DNA of 64,000 bases. Source: the human T2T-CHM13v2.0 reference genome, Homo sapiens. Below are positions 45,476-60,160 of the stretch, piece after piece (position 1 is the stretch's first letter; every line of letters starts with the position of its first letter). The notes under the pieces were generated by a model that made no database searches, was not told the origin of the DNA, and saw nothing but the letters and a program-made list of their open reading frames with translations. A program made the position numbers and the translations under genes. The stretch lies in NCBI RefSeq assembly GCF_009914755.1, contig NC_060934.1; one strand, given 5' to 3'.

Positions 45476-48400
45476 TAATTAGGATGGGGCATTCTCTTTC
45501 TTTTCCTCATACATGTAAATATTACCTTCTAGACGCTTAATAATATGACCCAATGTGTATTTCATATACATTACCTTAATAATTTTACACATATCATTTT
45601 ATTTAGTTTACAAAACTTTATTATTAGGTATTATTAACTCAAATTTACAGGTTGTGATTATACGTCTCCAAGGTCCATTTATCTGTATGGAATCACTGGT
45701 CTATGGACAAAGTTGAGATTTGATTGTCTAATTGACCGGAAGATTCATTCTCACAGGAGAGGCAGGAATGCTTTGGAACATTTGCCAGGTTCCCATCCCT
45801 AAAATTCAACATCATTAGAGCCCCTGCTCCATCTTAGTGTATGGGAGCCATAAAATCAAACGTTCCCTTCGATGGTAGCTCACATAATGGCAGAGTGTGA
45901 AAAAACAAAGAAATTGGCTCAGGCTTACCACCCAATGCTAGTTGACCTTTGTAGTGGTTGTAATGATTATAAATAGTCTCTAAGGTTTTGCCTCTCAGAT
46001 TTATAGAAATAGGAGACTGTTCATTATTCCATGGTATATATGTGCCTTTTCTCTCCCCTTCCTTTCCTTTATGTGACTTTAAGAAGACCATTTTAAAAAA
46101 GAAAATAAAATATGCATTTATTTGAAATCTATGAGTGTCTCTGTTTCATTAGAGTTAATTGTAGATTTAATCAGCAACTATTGGGTTGAAATAGGATGCC
46201 GTAGTTCTCACAGGATTTTCTGAGCCCCTGATTCTACCTACCCAAGTCCTTTAACATAGTGCTAAACAAGGGTCTGTGTTTAATACTTTTTGGTTCTTCT
46301 TTCACTTTATCCTAATCTCTGAGTTTCTACTAGAATTCACTTCTGCCTTTATATTCTCAAAATAAACACTCATGTCTATCCATTGCCATCCTAGTTTTCC
46401 ATCAACCCATGGTCTAAAAACTTGAGTTATCTGTGGGGAAGCAGACACTGAATTTTACTGCATTATTCAACTCTACTGTCATATATAGGGAGAGGGGGCA
46501 GGTGACATGGATACATAAATTATAAAGGCAGATTCAAGTTGTGCAGAGATGGAAATAGTGGTCCTGTTTTCTGATTCCCAACCAAAGAAGCTGTTAGAAA
46601 ACAGTCTCCCAAGAATGCCTGGAAAACTAAGTTTACTTTATCATGCAACAGCACATAAAATAATAAAGCGTTGGGATGTCTCCTGGGAATTTTACTGAGA
46701 TAACATAGCAGTATTTTATAATCGTAGCTACTTTAAAGATTGTACAGAAACTACTTTTAAATTGTATTCTGAACTACTAGAAGTATCTTCAAACTTTCAG
46801 GATTTTTTTCCATGTATGAATTATCATTGTAGATTGCTGTGGAGAGGTTTCAAGGATAGGAGAGACTCAGTTATTTTTTCTGAGGATAATTTGAATTTTA
46901 ACATCTAATTTTCAATAACGTGCTCTACAAAAAAATTCATTAGCATTTCTGGGAGAGAATTAGCTAATTAAAGATTCTAATGTCTATGATCAATTCAAAT
47001 TCATTCCGAGGAACACTCCACAGCTCCTCTCAATATTAAACATCGTTGCTAAACGTTTGAACACATTACAACTCCATAAAATACCATGCTCTACACAAAC
47101 ATAGTACTTAAAAATCTAGGGGTATTCAAACTGTAAGTAACAATACATACCACCACTAATGAAAATAACAATGGCCTCAACTATAATGGCATTTATAGTT
47201 AAATTGGAAAGTTGAACACTTGTAGGTATATTATAGTTTTTACAACAATGTCATAAAGAACCTAAATTCTTTCTACTCTTACGTTGTCTCTAAGCTGGTG
47301 ATTTGACTCTTACACTTGCAACATCATGCCTTCCTCCAGGAAACAATTTTTCACATAATAAAAGTCCAAAATAGGAAAATGAAGGCAGAAAGAAAATATG
47401 GTTTTCCCTATGACTGTCATTTTATCATGGAGTATTTTCTAGAAGCCCTCAGATCAGATAGATCTATATATTTTATTGATCAGATCTATGTCATATAGAC
47501 TCCTCTAACTTCAAAGAAGAGTGATACAATACCTGTTTGTTTTTTCAGCCCTTTATCAATATCCAGCACACAAAAAGTAAAATTCACGAAGTATGACATC
47601 TAATTTAAAAATTATCAGGCATGAAAAGAAGCAGTAAAAAAGACCCATAATAATCAGAAAATTAATCAATAGGAACACATAAAGAAATAATGAAAAAAAT
47701 TATAGACTTGGTAGACGATGGCATTGCAACAGCTATTATAACTATTATTACTGCTATTATAAGAATACTTCTTATTTTTAAGAAGCTATAGTAAAAGTTG
47801 TACCTGTTAAGTAAAAGCAGAGACGAATTTTTTTTTAAATCTAGAATCTCTAGAGAAGAAAACTACATTTTGAGATTAAAAAATATAATTGAGGGGATTT
47901 AAGGTAAAGTATGATTAGTAAACTGAATGCCATAACAATGGAAACTATCTAAAGTAAAACGCACTGAGGAATATAAAGATTGAAAAATGTTGAGGTCGTT
48001 AGTGAGCTTTAAGATAACATCAAGCAGCTCGACATACATGTCATTGAAATCTCTAAGAATAAATGAACAGAAGGGGATGAACAAGCAGAAAATGTTTGAA
48101 GAAACAATAGATGAAAAATTTCCAAATTTGATGAAAACTATCATTCGAAAAATCCACAAAGCTCAATATAACCAAAGTACAGGAACTACAAAGAAACCTA
48201 CACAAAGTCCCCTCATTGAAATTTCTCAAAACCAATATGATGAGAAAACCTTAAAATCAGCCCGTGGAAAAAAAAATACATGCAAAGGAACTAAGAAAAA
48301 AATCAGAACCAACTTCTCCTTGGAAACAATGCATCCCAGGAGATAGCAGAGCAACATTTTTAAGTACTGAAAAAAATCTGTTAAAGTAGCATTCTATAAA

Positions 48401-49270
48401 TAGTAGAAATATATTTCAGTAATGATGGGGGAAAAGTTTTGATACATCCAACCTGAAAGAATTCATGAACAGGAAATATTACAGAAAATAGATCAGGCAG
48501 AAGAAAAACTCTATCAGATGGAAATTTGGATCAATATAAAATACTCATAATAGCAAAGATTGATTAAAAATATTATTTGAACAGCCTTTTATCTATTAAA
48601 GAAGTTGAATTTATAGTTTAAAAATTTCTCAGAAGATTCTGGGCCATATGGCTTCACTGGTGAATACTATCAAACATTTAGGGAAGACTAATATAAGTTC
48701 TATTTTTAAAATTCCTGATAAAAAGAGAGGAGATACTACTCCCGATATTATTCAATGAGGCAAGCAATAAGCATTATTTTGATACTAAGACAACATTAGA
48801 AGACAATAAGTTTTTAAAGTCCCTCATGAACAGAGATAAAAAACATTCTTAACAAAATATTAGCAAATAGAATCTAACAATATTTATTTAAAAATGGTAA
48901 CACCATAATCAAGTGTAGTTTATCTCAGGAATTCAATGCTGTCTTGAAATAAAAACGAACAAACAAAACCAATGTAATATACTATTTTAATTTTTTTAAA
49001 AAATCAATCAAGGCTGAAAATTATCTAACAAAATCAAATATCTAATTTTAATCTGTGTAAAAACTCTGAGTTCTAAGTAGGAATAGAAAGGAAGTTTCTT
49101 AACCTGGTAATGAACATCTTTGACCAAGCTCTTATGAGACTTCATGGTGAAAGGCGTAATGCTCTCTTTACTTTTATTACTGGAATTTCCAGCTAGTACA
49201 ATAAAATAATAAAATGAAAGAAGGCAACAGAAGTCCAGATTGCAAATTAAGAATTAAAACTGACTTTATT

Positions 49271-49607
<337 letters not shown>

Positions 49608-49956
49608 CTATTAACAGGACATATGATTGCCTATGTCGAAAAATTTATTAAATTTAAAAAAGGCCTACTATAACTAAAAGGAGAGTTTAGTAGATGGTTG
49701 AATATGAAATTAGTATACCAAAAGAAACCAAATGTGTTTCATATATTAAAAAATAAAAGTTTATAATTAAAAATATCATTTACAATGTCTCAAAATATGA
49801 AATACTTAGGGGTAAATCTGATAAAGAAGGTGCAAATTTTGTATAGTGAAAACTAGAAAATACAGAGGACTGAAATTACAGTAGATGTAAATAAATGAAA
49901 AGATATAACATGTACATGGATTGGTATATTCAATTTTATTAAGATGTCAATTCTCT

Positions 49957-50397
<441 letters not shown>

Positions 50398-50934
50398 TTA
50401 CCTTATATCAAGACTTTGTAAATAAAGCTAAATCATCAAGATAATGTACAATTAGCCTAAAGTTTGACAGATAGATAAATAAAACAAAGTAGTAACAAAG
50501 TATAGAGTTTAGAAGTTGATTTTACTCATATGGTCAATTGATTTTTGATAAATATACAAGGACAATTAGAGAAGAAAGAATAATCAGGTCAATAAATGCT
50601 TCTGGAAAAACTGGATATCCACATTTAGAAAACAGTAAAAGATCCTTATACCATACGAAAATGAACTCCAAATAGATTATAGACTTCAGTGTAAAAAACC
50701 TAAAACTATAAAATTGCTAGGTGAAAACATAGGAACAGTGCTTTATATCAGGCACATTTTCTAGATATAGCAACAATAGTAAAATCCATAAAAAGAAAAA
50801 AATTGATAAATAGTATTTCAAAAGACACAGTTAAGAAAAAGAACATACAAGCCACTCTGGGATAAAGTATTTGCAAATGATACATTTGACAAATGGCTTG
50901 TATCCAGAATATATAAAGTTTTCATTATTAAAAC

Positions 50935-51560
50935 AGATATATCACATTTGTACATATTTATGGGATACATTTGAAATTTTGTCACATGTATAGACTGTGT
51001 AATGATCAAGCCAGCGTATTTGGGTGTCCATCACTGCAAGCATTTATCATTTTCATTTTGTTGATCCTTTGTATTCTCTTTAATCTCTATTTTGTTTAAT
51101 TTTTCTATGATCTTTATTATTTCTTTCCTTCTATTAATCTTGACTTTTGTTTGTTCTTGCTTCTCTAATTCCTTGAAGTTCATCGTTAGATTGTTCGTTT
51201 AAATTTTTCTATTTTGACAAAGGTATTTACTGTTAAGACTTCCCTTTTAGCAATGCTTTTGCTGTATCCCATAGCTTTTGATACGTTGCTTTGATTTTCA
51301 TTTGTTTTAAGAAATTTTTGGTTACTTCCTTAATTTCTTCCTTGAACCAGTGTTCATTCAGGAGCATTTTGTTTAATTTCCGTGTGTTTTTACAGTTTGC
51401 AAATTTCCTCCAATTTCTCCTAGTTACTAATTTCTAGAATTACTCATTTGTGGTTTGAGAAGATACTTGATATAACTTTGAATTTATAAATTTGTTGAGA
51501 CTTGTTTCATGTCCTAATATATGGTCTATCCTGGAGAAATTTCCATGTGCTGAGAATGTA
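50935..51560 (-). mobile_element. L1MA 3' end joined to an L1 ORF2 endonuclease-region fragment
   Basis: TTGTACATATTTATGGGATACAT...AATGATCAAG followed by TGGTCTATCCTGGAGAAATTTCCATGTGCTGA. Confidence 0.75.
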
Positions 51561-51569
51561 TATTCTGTA

Positions 51570-52130
51570 TTTCTACCCCCTGCAATCCCAGTGCCCAAGC
51601 ATGCTGTCCAGAAGCCTAGGGATTATCCAGCCCACTCCACCACCATTTGCATCTAAGCATTCCTCCTTGGGCTTCAAGATGGATCCACCCAACCTGCCAC
51701 TACCACAGCAGCTTACATGCACCTACACATACCACCTGTGGACCTAGGGACTGCCTCACCCAGCCTGTCACAGCCACGAACAACAACTACATGAACTGCT
51801 TGGGAGTGAAGGGTTTGTCTTACCACTGCTATTGCCATTGCCAATGCCACATCCACTGCCTACAGGCCCAAGAAGGCACTGACCTACCTGGCCCACTGCT
51901 GCAACTACTAGCATTCCAGCAATCTACCTGGAAGCCCGAGAATAAGCCTACTGGGACACACTAACACTGGCACCAGTGCATACGACCCTAGGGCTTAAAA
52001 CAGGCACACTCAGCCCACCACTACCACCACTGGGGCCTGAGAACCGACCCACCTGGCATCCCTGTCCCCATTCAAACTTCAGCAAAGCCTTTACTAAAAA
52101 CTGAACCCTAGGCCACATAGGAAAGCACCC
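51570..52130 (+). mobile_element. L1M (L1M2/L1M3-type) 5' UTR fragment
   Basis: C-rich internally repeated units (GCCACTACCAC...GGGCCTGAGAACCGACCCACCTGG). Confidence 0.6.
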
Positions 52131-52485
52131 TAAAAGACAAACTTTAAATGTTAAATAGTATTGCCATAGTCTAAAGAAGAAAAACAACCACTATCTCCCT
52201 GTAGAAAAATAAACGTATCTTACAGGAAATGCAAAGCAAACAAATAATCAAAAGTAAGATACTTTTGTTTATTTGAATCAAAAACTGACACAATATTCAA
52301 TGATTTTTTTTTCAATATTCATTCATTTGCTTTTAGCTTTTAGGGGGTATTTATTTATTTAGATTTTGTTTACTTGCTTCTTTTAGACATTTAGTGTTCC
52401 CCCATGAGGAATAACAAAATAGCATGTTATGTAGGCATAATTTTCCCATCATTTATTTCCCCCAATGTTTTAATGTTTCCTTTAA

Positions 52486-52831
52486 AGTATTAGTCCATTT
52501 TCACACTGCTGATAAAGACATACCTGGGCAATTTACAAAAAAAAAGAGGTTTAATGGACTTACCACGTGGCTGGGCGGGCCTCACAATCATGGTGGAAGG
52601 GAAAAGGCACATCTCACATAGCAACAGACAAGAGAAGAGAGCTTGTGCAGGGAAACTCCCGTGTATAAAATCATCGGATGTCGTGAGACTTACTCACTAT
52701 CACAAGAACAGCATGGGAAGGACCCACCCCCATGATTCAAATATCCCCAACCAGGTTCCTCCCACCACACATGGGAATTGTGGGAGTTACAATTCAAGAT
52801 GAGATTTGGGTGACACAACCAAACCACATCA
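52486..52831 (-). mobile_element. THE1 (B/C-like) MaLR solo LTR
   Basis: GTATTAGTCCATTTTCACACTGCTGATAAAGACATACC...ACAATTCAAGATGAGATTTGGGTG...AAACCACATCA. Confidence 0.92.
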
Positions 52832-54207
52832 CTTTATGAATATGATTTTCCATTTCTTACCTATTAGAAAAATAATTTCAGAGGAGTAACTTGAATGCCA
52901 TATAGATTTTGGAGAAGTAGCTCAGATTCCATATGGAACTCAGAAACCCAGTTGTCATATCCAGGTGATGAATCACAGAGCAACTTTCAAGAAAATTTTT
53001 CTTGAAAAACTTTTTCTTATGTCATTATACTCAGACCTGGCATTGTGTGTCTAATAGAGGATTTAATACGGGGAATTAAATCTTGTGACATATAGGAGAG
53101 CATTGACTCTTCTCAGGCTTATTCATCCAATTGGTTAAAAAGGAAAAAAGATCTCTGAAATTTTAATTTCAACAACATGAAAATAGTTAGATGCTTTGTC
53201 CAAAATATTTTTTCCAACTAAAACATGTTTTAAAATTATATTGACAAGAAAACAATTACAAAAGTTTTAAACTAATGACACAATCCCATGGATAATTTCC
53301 TCTACATAGCTCAGAGAGATAAATGAATGAATCATATATCATAGCAGGAAGCAATTTCCCTCAATGAGTTCTACCTGCTGGAATCTCAATTCATTACAGA
53401 TTGAGTAAAAGCTTTTATTTAAAATAAGACTCTTAAACTGGATCTGGAACAAAACCCAAACCCTGACGGGGTCGGCTATGAATATATTTAGAACTTTCCA
53501 CTTTCTGGAAGCACTTGTGATCCAAATGTCTCTCTTCTGTGCACAGTAGCTTGGTAAAGTATTCCAATGACACAAGTGACTTCCAAGTTTGTTCATGTTC
53601 ATGTCTCCTTAACGTGGTTTAGCATTTTTCTGATGGGTTGCCATCATGCAGATGTCTTAACAATATTCCCCTCTCATTTTATCTCTGTCTTTTCTTCAGT
53701 GTGGCACAAATATATGAATGTGTGTCAGTTAAACAAGGAGCCTTAACAAACCAAATGTCAGTCCCTGGAAATTTGAAATGGAAAGTTAAATGCAGCCCAA
53801 ATCCAGAGAGCCTTTGGTATTTTTGGATTGTTTAAAACTTACTTTATAAGGATTCATACAGAAAAAGTTGCTTTTATACCATCATTAAGAAGTAATAATG
53901 TAAATCTCTCCCCCCAGGTTAAAACAGAAATTAAGCAGGTAATACTGCTCATCTTTCTTTTCCTAACAGCTCTTTTTGCTTGGCTTGGTATTCCTTCTAA
54001 GGAATAAACGAACAAAATAGCTTCTATGAAGGACTTAAGATTCAGAAAGGGTGAATGATTTACAAAAAGTTAAAAAATGGACCTCATGGAATCAAGATTC
54101 CAAAACAATTCTTCTAATGTTCCTTTTTTTACACTGGGCTCACATGTATAATTAGCCTTATGTTGAATCTTGTCATGTGTGTTATTCTTGACTCTTTACA
54201 TAAAACA

Positions 54208-54648
54208 TGTGTTAGTTTTCCAGTGCTGCCATAACAAAATGCCTCAAACTGGGAAGCTTAAAACAACAGACATTTATCATCTCACACTTTTGGAGACTAG
54301 ATGTCTGAAATTAAGTTGTTGGCAGGGCCATGATTCCTTTGAAAGCCTATAGGGAAGAGTCCTCTTTACCTCTTAGCACCAGCAAAGGCCATCAATCCTA
54401 GCATTCATTGACTTGCAGTGGCATCTCTGCGTTTGCCATCACATGGAATTCTCCCTGCTTTCCTATCTTTCCATAGTTGTCTTCTTAAAGCAACACCAGT
54501 CATACTGGATTGAGGTCCACCCTGGTGATCTCATCTCAACTTGACTAAATTTGCGAAGACTCTATTTCCAATTAAAGTCACATTCACAGGTATTAGTGAT
54601 TAGGATTTCAACATATCTTTTTCTGAGGACACAATTCAATCCATAACA
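54208..54648 (-). mobile_element. MLT1C-like MaLR solo LTR
   Basis: TGTGTTAGTTTTCCAGTGCTGCCATAACAAA...GCTTAAAACAACAGA...GACACAATTCAATCCATAACA. Confidence 0.88.
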
Positions 54649-55159
54649 TACAAGTCCTTTATAGAAAAAGAAGGTGTTCCTGGTCCTCTTCAGGATCACC
54701 TGGGTCTTCCAGCATAATGTTGATCACATTAATATTTGATGTTTGGTACAGAACATTGATTTTGTAGAATATTGAACGTAAAAAGACTCATAGATGAGAA
54801 AACATCTTTAGACAGATGAATAACAAATCTGGGAGATGCTCAAGTATATTAAGACCCATCCATTAATGGAAGAACAAGATTCTTGTACAAAGAGTTAAGC
54901 AATCTGGGCTTTGGCCCTATCTGTGGGATAACTTAACTATTTTGAAGACCTTGTAACAATGTTTCTTCATCAATCATAAAACATATCTCTTCTGCCTATT
55001 TAATTGAATATTGTGATTACAAAAATATAATAGACCTGAAAAATGTTTAATGCCATGCAAATTCCTAGGTATCAGTATTAATCCGATCCTGTGTTGCCAC
55101 AGTGCTCTCTTATGTCTTGGAAAAATTACGAAGGCATAGCAGATGGTTGGTGTTCTTTC

Positions 55160-55628
55160 TAGGTTCACTTGGATCTATTTTATTTTCTGGGCCTCTAAAC
55201 CATATTTTAGCTTCAGTGAGCTTTGCACTTATGGGTTTCCACCCACGACTTTCTTCAGAGTATGCCCTTGGGTATAGAGACACTTTACTTTCGTGAACAT
55301 CCAGAAAGTCCTGGGGGTTATACCATGCCCTCTGTTCTACAGAAGCTCACAGCCAATAAATACTTGGTTAGGGAATACAAGAGCCCAGCTTTCTTTTATC
55401 AATGTGGGATGAACTGAAAAATTTAAACCCTAGAGCTTCTCATGTGATCAGACTGAGGATGGAGCTTCAGTTGAAATTAGTCTTAGTTTGGTTTCTTCCT
55501 TTTCATTAATGTACTTTTCACCATTCACTTACTGGTTTAATCTTGTGGTATTCCCTTAACAAAATATTTGAACATGTATTCTAACTCTCTAACTCTGATG
55601 GCTTCTTTAGACAATATGACTTAAGATA
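55160..55628 (+). mobile_element. LTR16-type ERVL 5' LTR
   Basis: CACAGCCAAT...AGAGCCCAGCTT...CACTTACTGGTTT...GACTTAAGATA end, followed (after an Alu) by GTTGGTAC. Confidence 0.6.
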
Positions 55629-55629
55629 C

Positions 55630-55937
55630 TTTTTTTTGTGTGTGTGGCACAGCCTCACTCTGTCACCCAGGCTGGATGGAGTACAGGCTGGATGGTACGA
55701 TTATGGCTCACTGTAGCCTCAACTTCCTAGGCTCAAGCAATCCTCCCACCTCAGCCTACTGAGTAGCTGGGACTATAGGCATGCATCACCATGCCTGGCT
55801 AATTTTTCTTTCTTTCTTTTTTTTTTTCTCACTATGTTGCCCAGGTTTTTCTCAAACTCCTGGCCTCAAGTGATCCTCCTGCTTCAACCTCCCAAAGTGC
55901 TGGGTGGGATTACGGGCATGAGCCACTATTCCCAGTC
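55630..55937 (-). mobile_element. AluJ
   Basis: CTCACTGTAGCCTCAACTTCCTAGGCTCAAGCAATCCTCCC; CTCAAGTGATCCTCCTG. Confidence 0.9.
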
Positions 55938-57780
55938 AGCCAACAGTTGGTACTTCTAAGAATAGGATTCTGGAGTTGGTGCACTCGTCGACTAACTGGC
56001 AATGAAAAATCCAACATGGGTGGAGAGTGGAACGGTGATAGCCACTGGCATGCTGCAGCATTACAATTGCTGAGGCTTTTATCTCTGTTTGACTGGGATG
56101 GGATACTGATGGAAGAGGTAGTGCAGTATCTCTGGGACTTGTGAGATATGAGGAAAATAGTAATTATAAGGACACTGGGGTTGAGTGACTGCTGCTGAGC
56201 ACCACTGAAGCTCTGAGAGAGAAAATGGCAAATGTGACCAGTTAACAACATGAGGCAATATATCAAATCCTGGTGGTTTACATGGCAGCATTTAAAGTGT
56301 CCTTTACCAGTAACCAGAGAGAAAAATGTAGTGACCACCAAGATGGGACTTAATTGTAGAAATTGCAGAACCTGAAAAAAGGCTGAATTTGCAGGGTTGG
56401 TAGCTCTGCCAAATCAGGCCCCTGAAAGGAAATAAGTGGAACCCTTAAACGCAGGATGAGAATATTTGGTTGGGCTTGTGAATGTTGACCCTCCAGATTC
56501 CCCAGAAGACTTTGGACCTGGAGAAGAAGTTTGCTTCCCCTGTTTGAGACTGTAGTCCATATTTTAGCTAAAGAGTATGCAGCGACCTCAAACGAGGCAG
56601 ATACCTACAAGGTCCATCCTCTGGATGTCAGAACAACAACCAAGGTCAAGTCTTAACATGGCCTTATTGGAGAAGTACTGTGCCCGCTAAGGAGAGAGGG
56701 GTTTATATTTAGAGATTATACACTGAAGAAGACCTGCATAATATATCCAGGTGGGAGCTGAATAATAATACCTTGACAGTAGATCTTGTCTATATAGGGA
56801 CCCTCTCCTAAAATTTAGGACTTGATACCCAACCCAGCACCCCTGGAACTGGTTCTAACATGCTTCTAGGATGGCTACTAGAAGGTTGGAAAAACTAGTG
56901 GCTCACATTAAATGAAATAGATATGCCAGAATTACTTTGGCAGGGTAGCTAGGTAGAGATCAAGGATTCAGATAAGTTGAAATGCTAAAATACCTATTAA
57001 TATTACATAAGACTTAAAGTGTCATCATCAAGTCATGTTATCGAAGAGGGTGCAAAAGATATTCCTCTGCTAAAATGGTAAGAAGCATGCTGGAGGAGAA
57101 TGCATTGACACCGGTGAGCAGTCCAGCTATGGACTGCTCTTTTTAAGCCAGAGATGATAGTAGGAGATGCTGTTAAAAAACTGGGCTCCCTAGTTTCACT
57201 GGCATAGATAGGATTCTAGAATGGCAGAAGCCAGGGTTAGAACATAAATATCAGAGGAACGGTGGGCATAATTATCATAGACATTCAGTGGGCCTTGATT
57301 TGTGGAGATGGCTGACAAATCATGTATTCTTCAGTTCAAAAAAGATGGGCAGTTGAATATCTGACAAGAAATTGCCATATATATATATATGAAATGAAAT
57401 ATTCTAAAATTATATATAATAAAATATTCTTATATATAAAATAAATTATATATATAATAAAAATAAATAAATAATAGATTAACAGAAGGTTTGTGTCAGA
57501 TGTGCCAATGAAACGCATTATACCTTGCCTGGTTTCCAGATCTGAGCTAATTCTCAGACACAAAACAAACCACTTGAAAGAGAGGTGAATACATCTTGAG
57601 AAACAAACAAACAAAACCTGTAGTAGCTTAGCAAGCGCAATGGCAGTGATTCTAAAAGTCGATATTCCTTGAATTACCAAATTAACTGTACATAAGAGGA
57701 AGCAGGAAAGCAGGATACTTCGATCTCTACAGAGCCAGTTAGATGCAAGGGCTAGCCTGAAACATGGAGAAATAAAATTT

Positions 57781-58139
57781 TATAAGGCTCAACAGTGGCG
57801 TCAACTTTGCAGGAAAATGATGCGGAAATATGTGATCAAACATTATTCTGGATATTTCTGCCAGGATCATTTTGAATAAGATTAATATTTAAACTGGTAG
57901 ACATAGAGTAAAACACATTGCTTTTCATGATGTGGGTAAGTTTCATCCCATGAGTTTAGGCCTGAATAGAAAAAAAAGACTGATTTCCCTGGAGCAAGAA
58001 TGGCTGGCAGAGGCTTTCACAGTGGAACTGCAACACTGTTTCTTCCGAGGTCTCCAGCCTGCTGGCTCACCTTGCAGATTTTGGACTTTCTATTCCTATC
58101 CTATTTCTTCTCTTTCTTGGGAGACTCCTGACTAATACA
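57781..58139 (+). mobile_element. MLT2D-like LTR nested in ERVL
   Basis: GATCAAACATTATTCTGGATATTTCTG...GGCCTGAATAGAAAAAAAAGACTGA...CCTGACTAATACA. Confidence 0.8.
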
Positions 58140-58747
58140 GGCTCCTTCCAATAAAGTGAAGTGTATGGGGTTCAAGTAATGAGTAGAATCCAGGCCTGGG
58201 TCAGTGTCATAGGTAGTTCTTAGATGTCTAATTTTAATGCTGGAAAATCTGAAATCATTCAAGAGATGCTCTATGGTAACACTGAGTTTGTAAGACAAGT
58301 TCAGACACTAGGAGAAAAAAGCACTTTCAGGGACCCCTGATAAAGTAAGAGCACCTGAGGGTCAAGTAACTAGTGGATACCTGGCTTAGACTGTAGCACA
58401 GTAATCACTTCTTTGCTTCCCATATACATAATTTTAATGGACATAATTAAAACTTGGCACAAAACTCACATTAGTTCTTTGACATGTTGAAGGAAGAGCT
58501 ATTGTTGTAGGAAAGGTGAAAGCCTCTGAAAATATGTCTTGGCCATATTAAATCAAAGGCAACTGAATTAGAAAGGCAGAGATTAGTACGATCTTAAAGG
58601 ACCTGGATAACACAGGAATGGTGGTCCCCATTATTTCTCTCTTTAATTCACCGGTATGACTCCTCAAAAATCCAGATGAGTAGCAATTGACATTATTAGA
58701 CTACTGTAAACTGAACTAATGAGCAGCTTCAAATGCAGCTCTATGCC

Positions 58748-58795
<48 letters not shown>
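58748..58795. repeat. (AGAT)12 STR
   Basis: 12 perfect units. Confidence 0.97.
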
Positions 58796-59165
58796 TAGTA
58801 CTGATCAGCCTGGTCTCTGGTTCATAAAATTTGGCTCTTGAAATGCTTCATATGTTGTTTCCAACAATCATCATTACAGGGGAATTACAAGAGTTTCACA
58901 TTTGCCTGGAATGAACAACAGTAAACATTCACTCTCTTGCCTCAGGGTTGTGCTATCCCCTTACTTTGTAACAGTAGAGCCTGAAAGGTCCCAGATCATC
59001 TGGATATCCCAAAGACTTTCATGATGATCAACTGTATTAATAACCTTAAACCTATTGAACAAGAAGTATGAAGTGCTTTGGGAGCACTGATAACACATGT
59101 GTACACCAAATGGTAGGAGATAAACTGTACAACTATTTAGGGTTCTGACACATTAGAAAAGTTTT

Positions 59166-59308
59166 GATTTTTTAATCTTTTTTTAGAGATGGGGGCCTCA
59201 ATATGTTGTTCAGATTGTCCTTGAACTCCTTACTGTGCTTAAACAATCTTCCTACCTCAACCTCCCTAGTAGCTGGGACTACAGGCATACATAACCATGT
59301 GCCCAGCT
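59166..59308 (-). mobile_element. FLAM / Alu monomer
   Basis: Single monomer, TSD AGAAAAGTTTT/AGAAAAGCTTT. Confidence 0.85.
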
Positions 59309-59797
59309 CAGAAAAGCTTTTAGGGCTCAAGTGGTTTGGGGCATTGATGAGACAGCACTCCAAAGTAAGTGACAAGTTACTGCATTTGAATCTTTGTATC
59401 ACAAGAAAAGGAACACAGAAGTTGTTAGACCAATTCAAGTTCAAATACTGCACTTAGAAATACTGCTATGTCTCATTTACACAGTGAGGCTGATAGCAGC
59501 CAGCTGTGCATGAGGGCCAGGGGAAGAAAGGGATTGGCATTAGGTATAGGCTGTGATAAAAGCAGCCCTGTTTCTAGGACTATATGACCCAGTGAATATT
59601 ATAGTAATTGATCTTCATTGGATAAATAAAGGCACTGTATAGATCTCCTGAAAGACCCAATAAGAAAGGCAGAAGCCTAGGGTTCGGGAAAAAAAGCATA
59701 TATTCTGTAACAGATAATTGTTAACCATTTAAATAGCAGCTTCTGATGACCTACTGGGCTATGGTAGAGAAAAAGTAACTGGCCATGATATAGCAAG

Positions 59798-60160
59798 TGA
59801 TATGGTTTGGCTTTGTGTCCCCACCCAAATCTCCTCTTCAATTTTAATCTCATAATCCCCATGTGTCATGGGAGGGACCTGATGGGAGGTAATTGAATTA
59901 TGCTGGTGGTTTTCTCTGTACTGTTCTCTTGATAGAGAGTGAATTCTCATGAGATTTGATGGTTTTTTAAGCATCTGGCATTTCCCTGCTGGCACTCATT
60001 CCCTCTTCTCATCCCTGTGAAGAGATGCCTTCCACCATAGTTTAAAGTGTCCTGAGGCCTTCCCAGCCATGTGGAACTGTGTGTCAATTAAACTTCTTTG
60101 CTTTATAAAATACCCTGTCTCTGGTATTTCTTCATAGCAGCATGAGAACGGACTAATACC
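59798..60160 (+). mobile_element. THE1D/MSTA-like MaLR solo LTR
   Basis: TGATATGGTTTGGCTTTGTGTCCCCACCCAAATCTC...GGACTAATAC; flanks GCAAG/TCAAG. Confidence 0.92.

Noticed and set aside
57378-57480. AT-rich block resembling a palindromic AT-rich repeat
   Set aside because: Short degenerate (TA)n/A-rich low complexity with no extended stem
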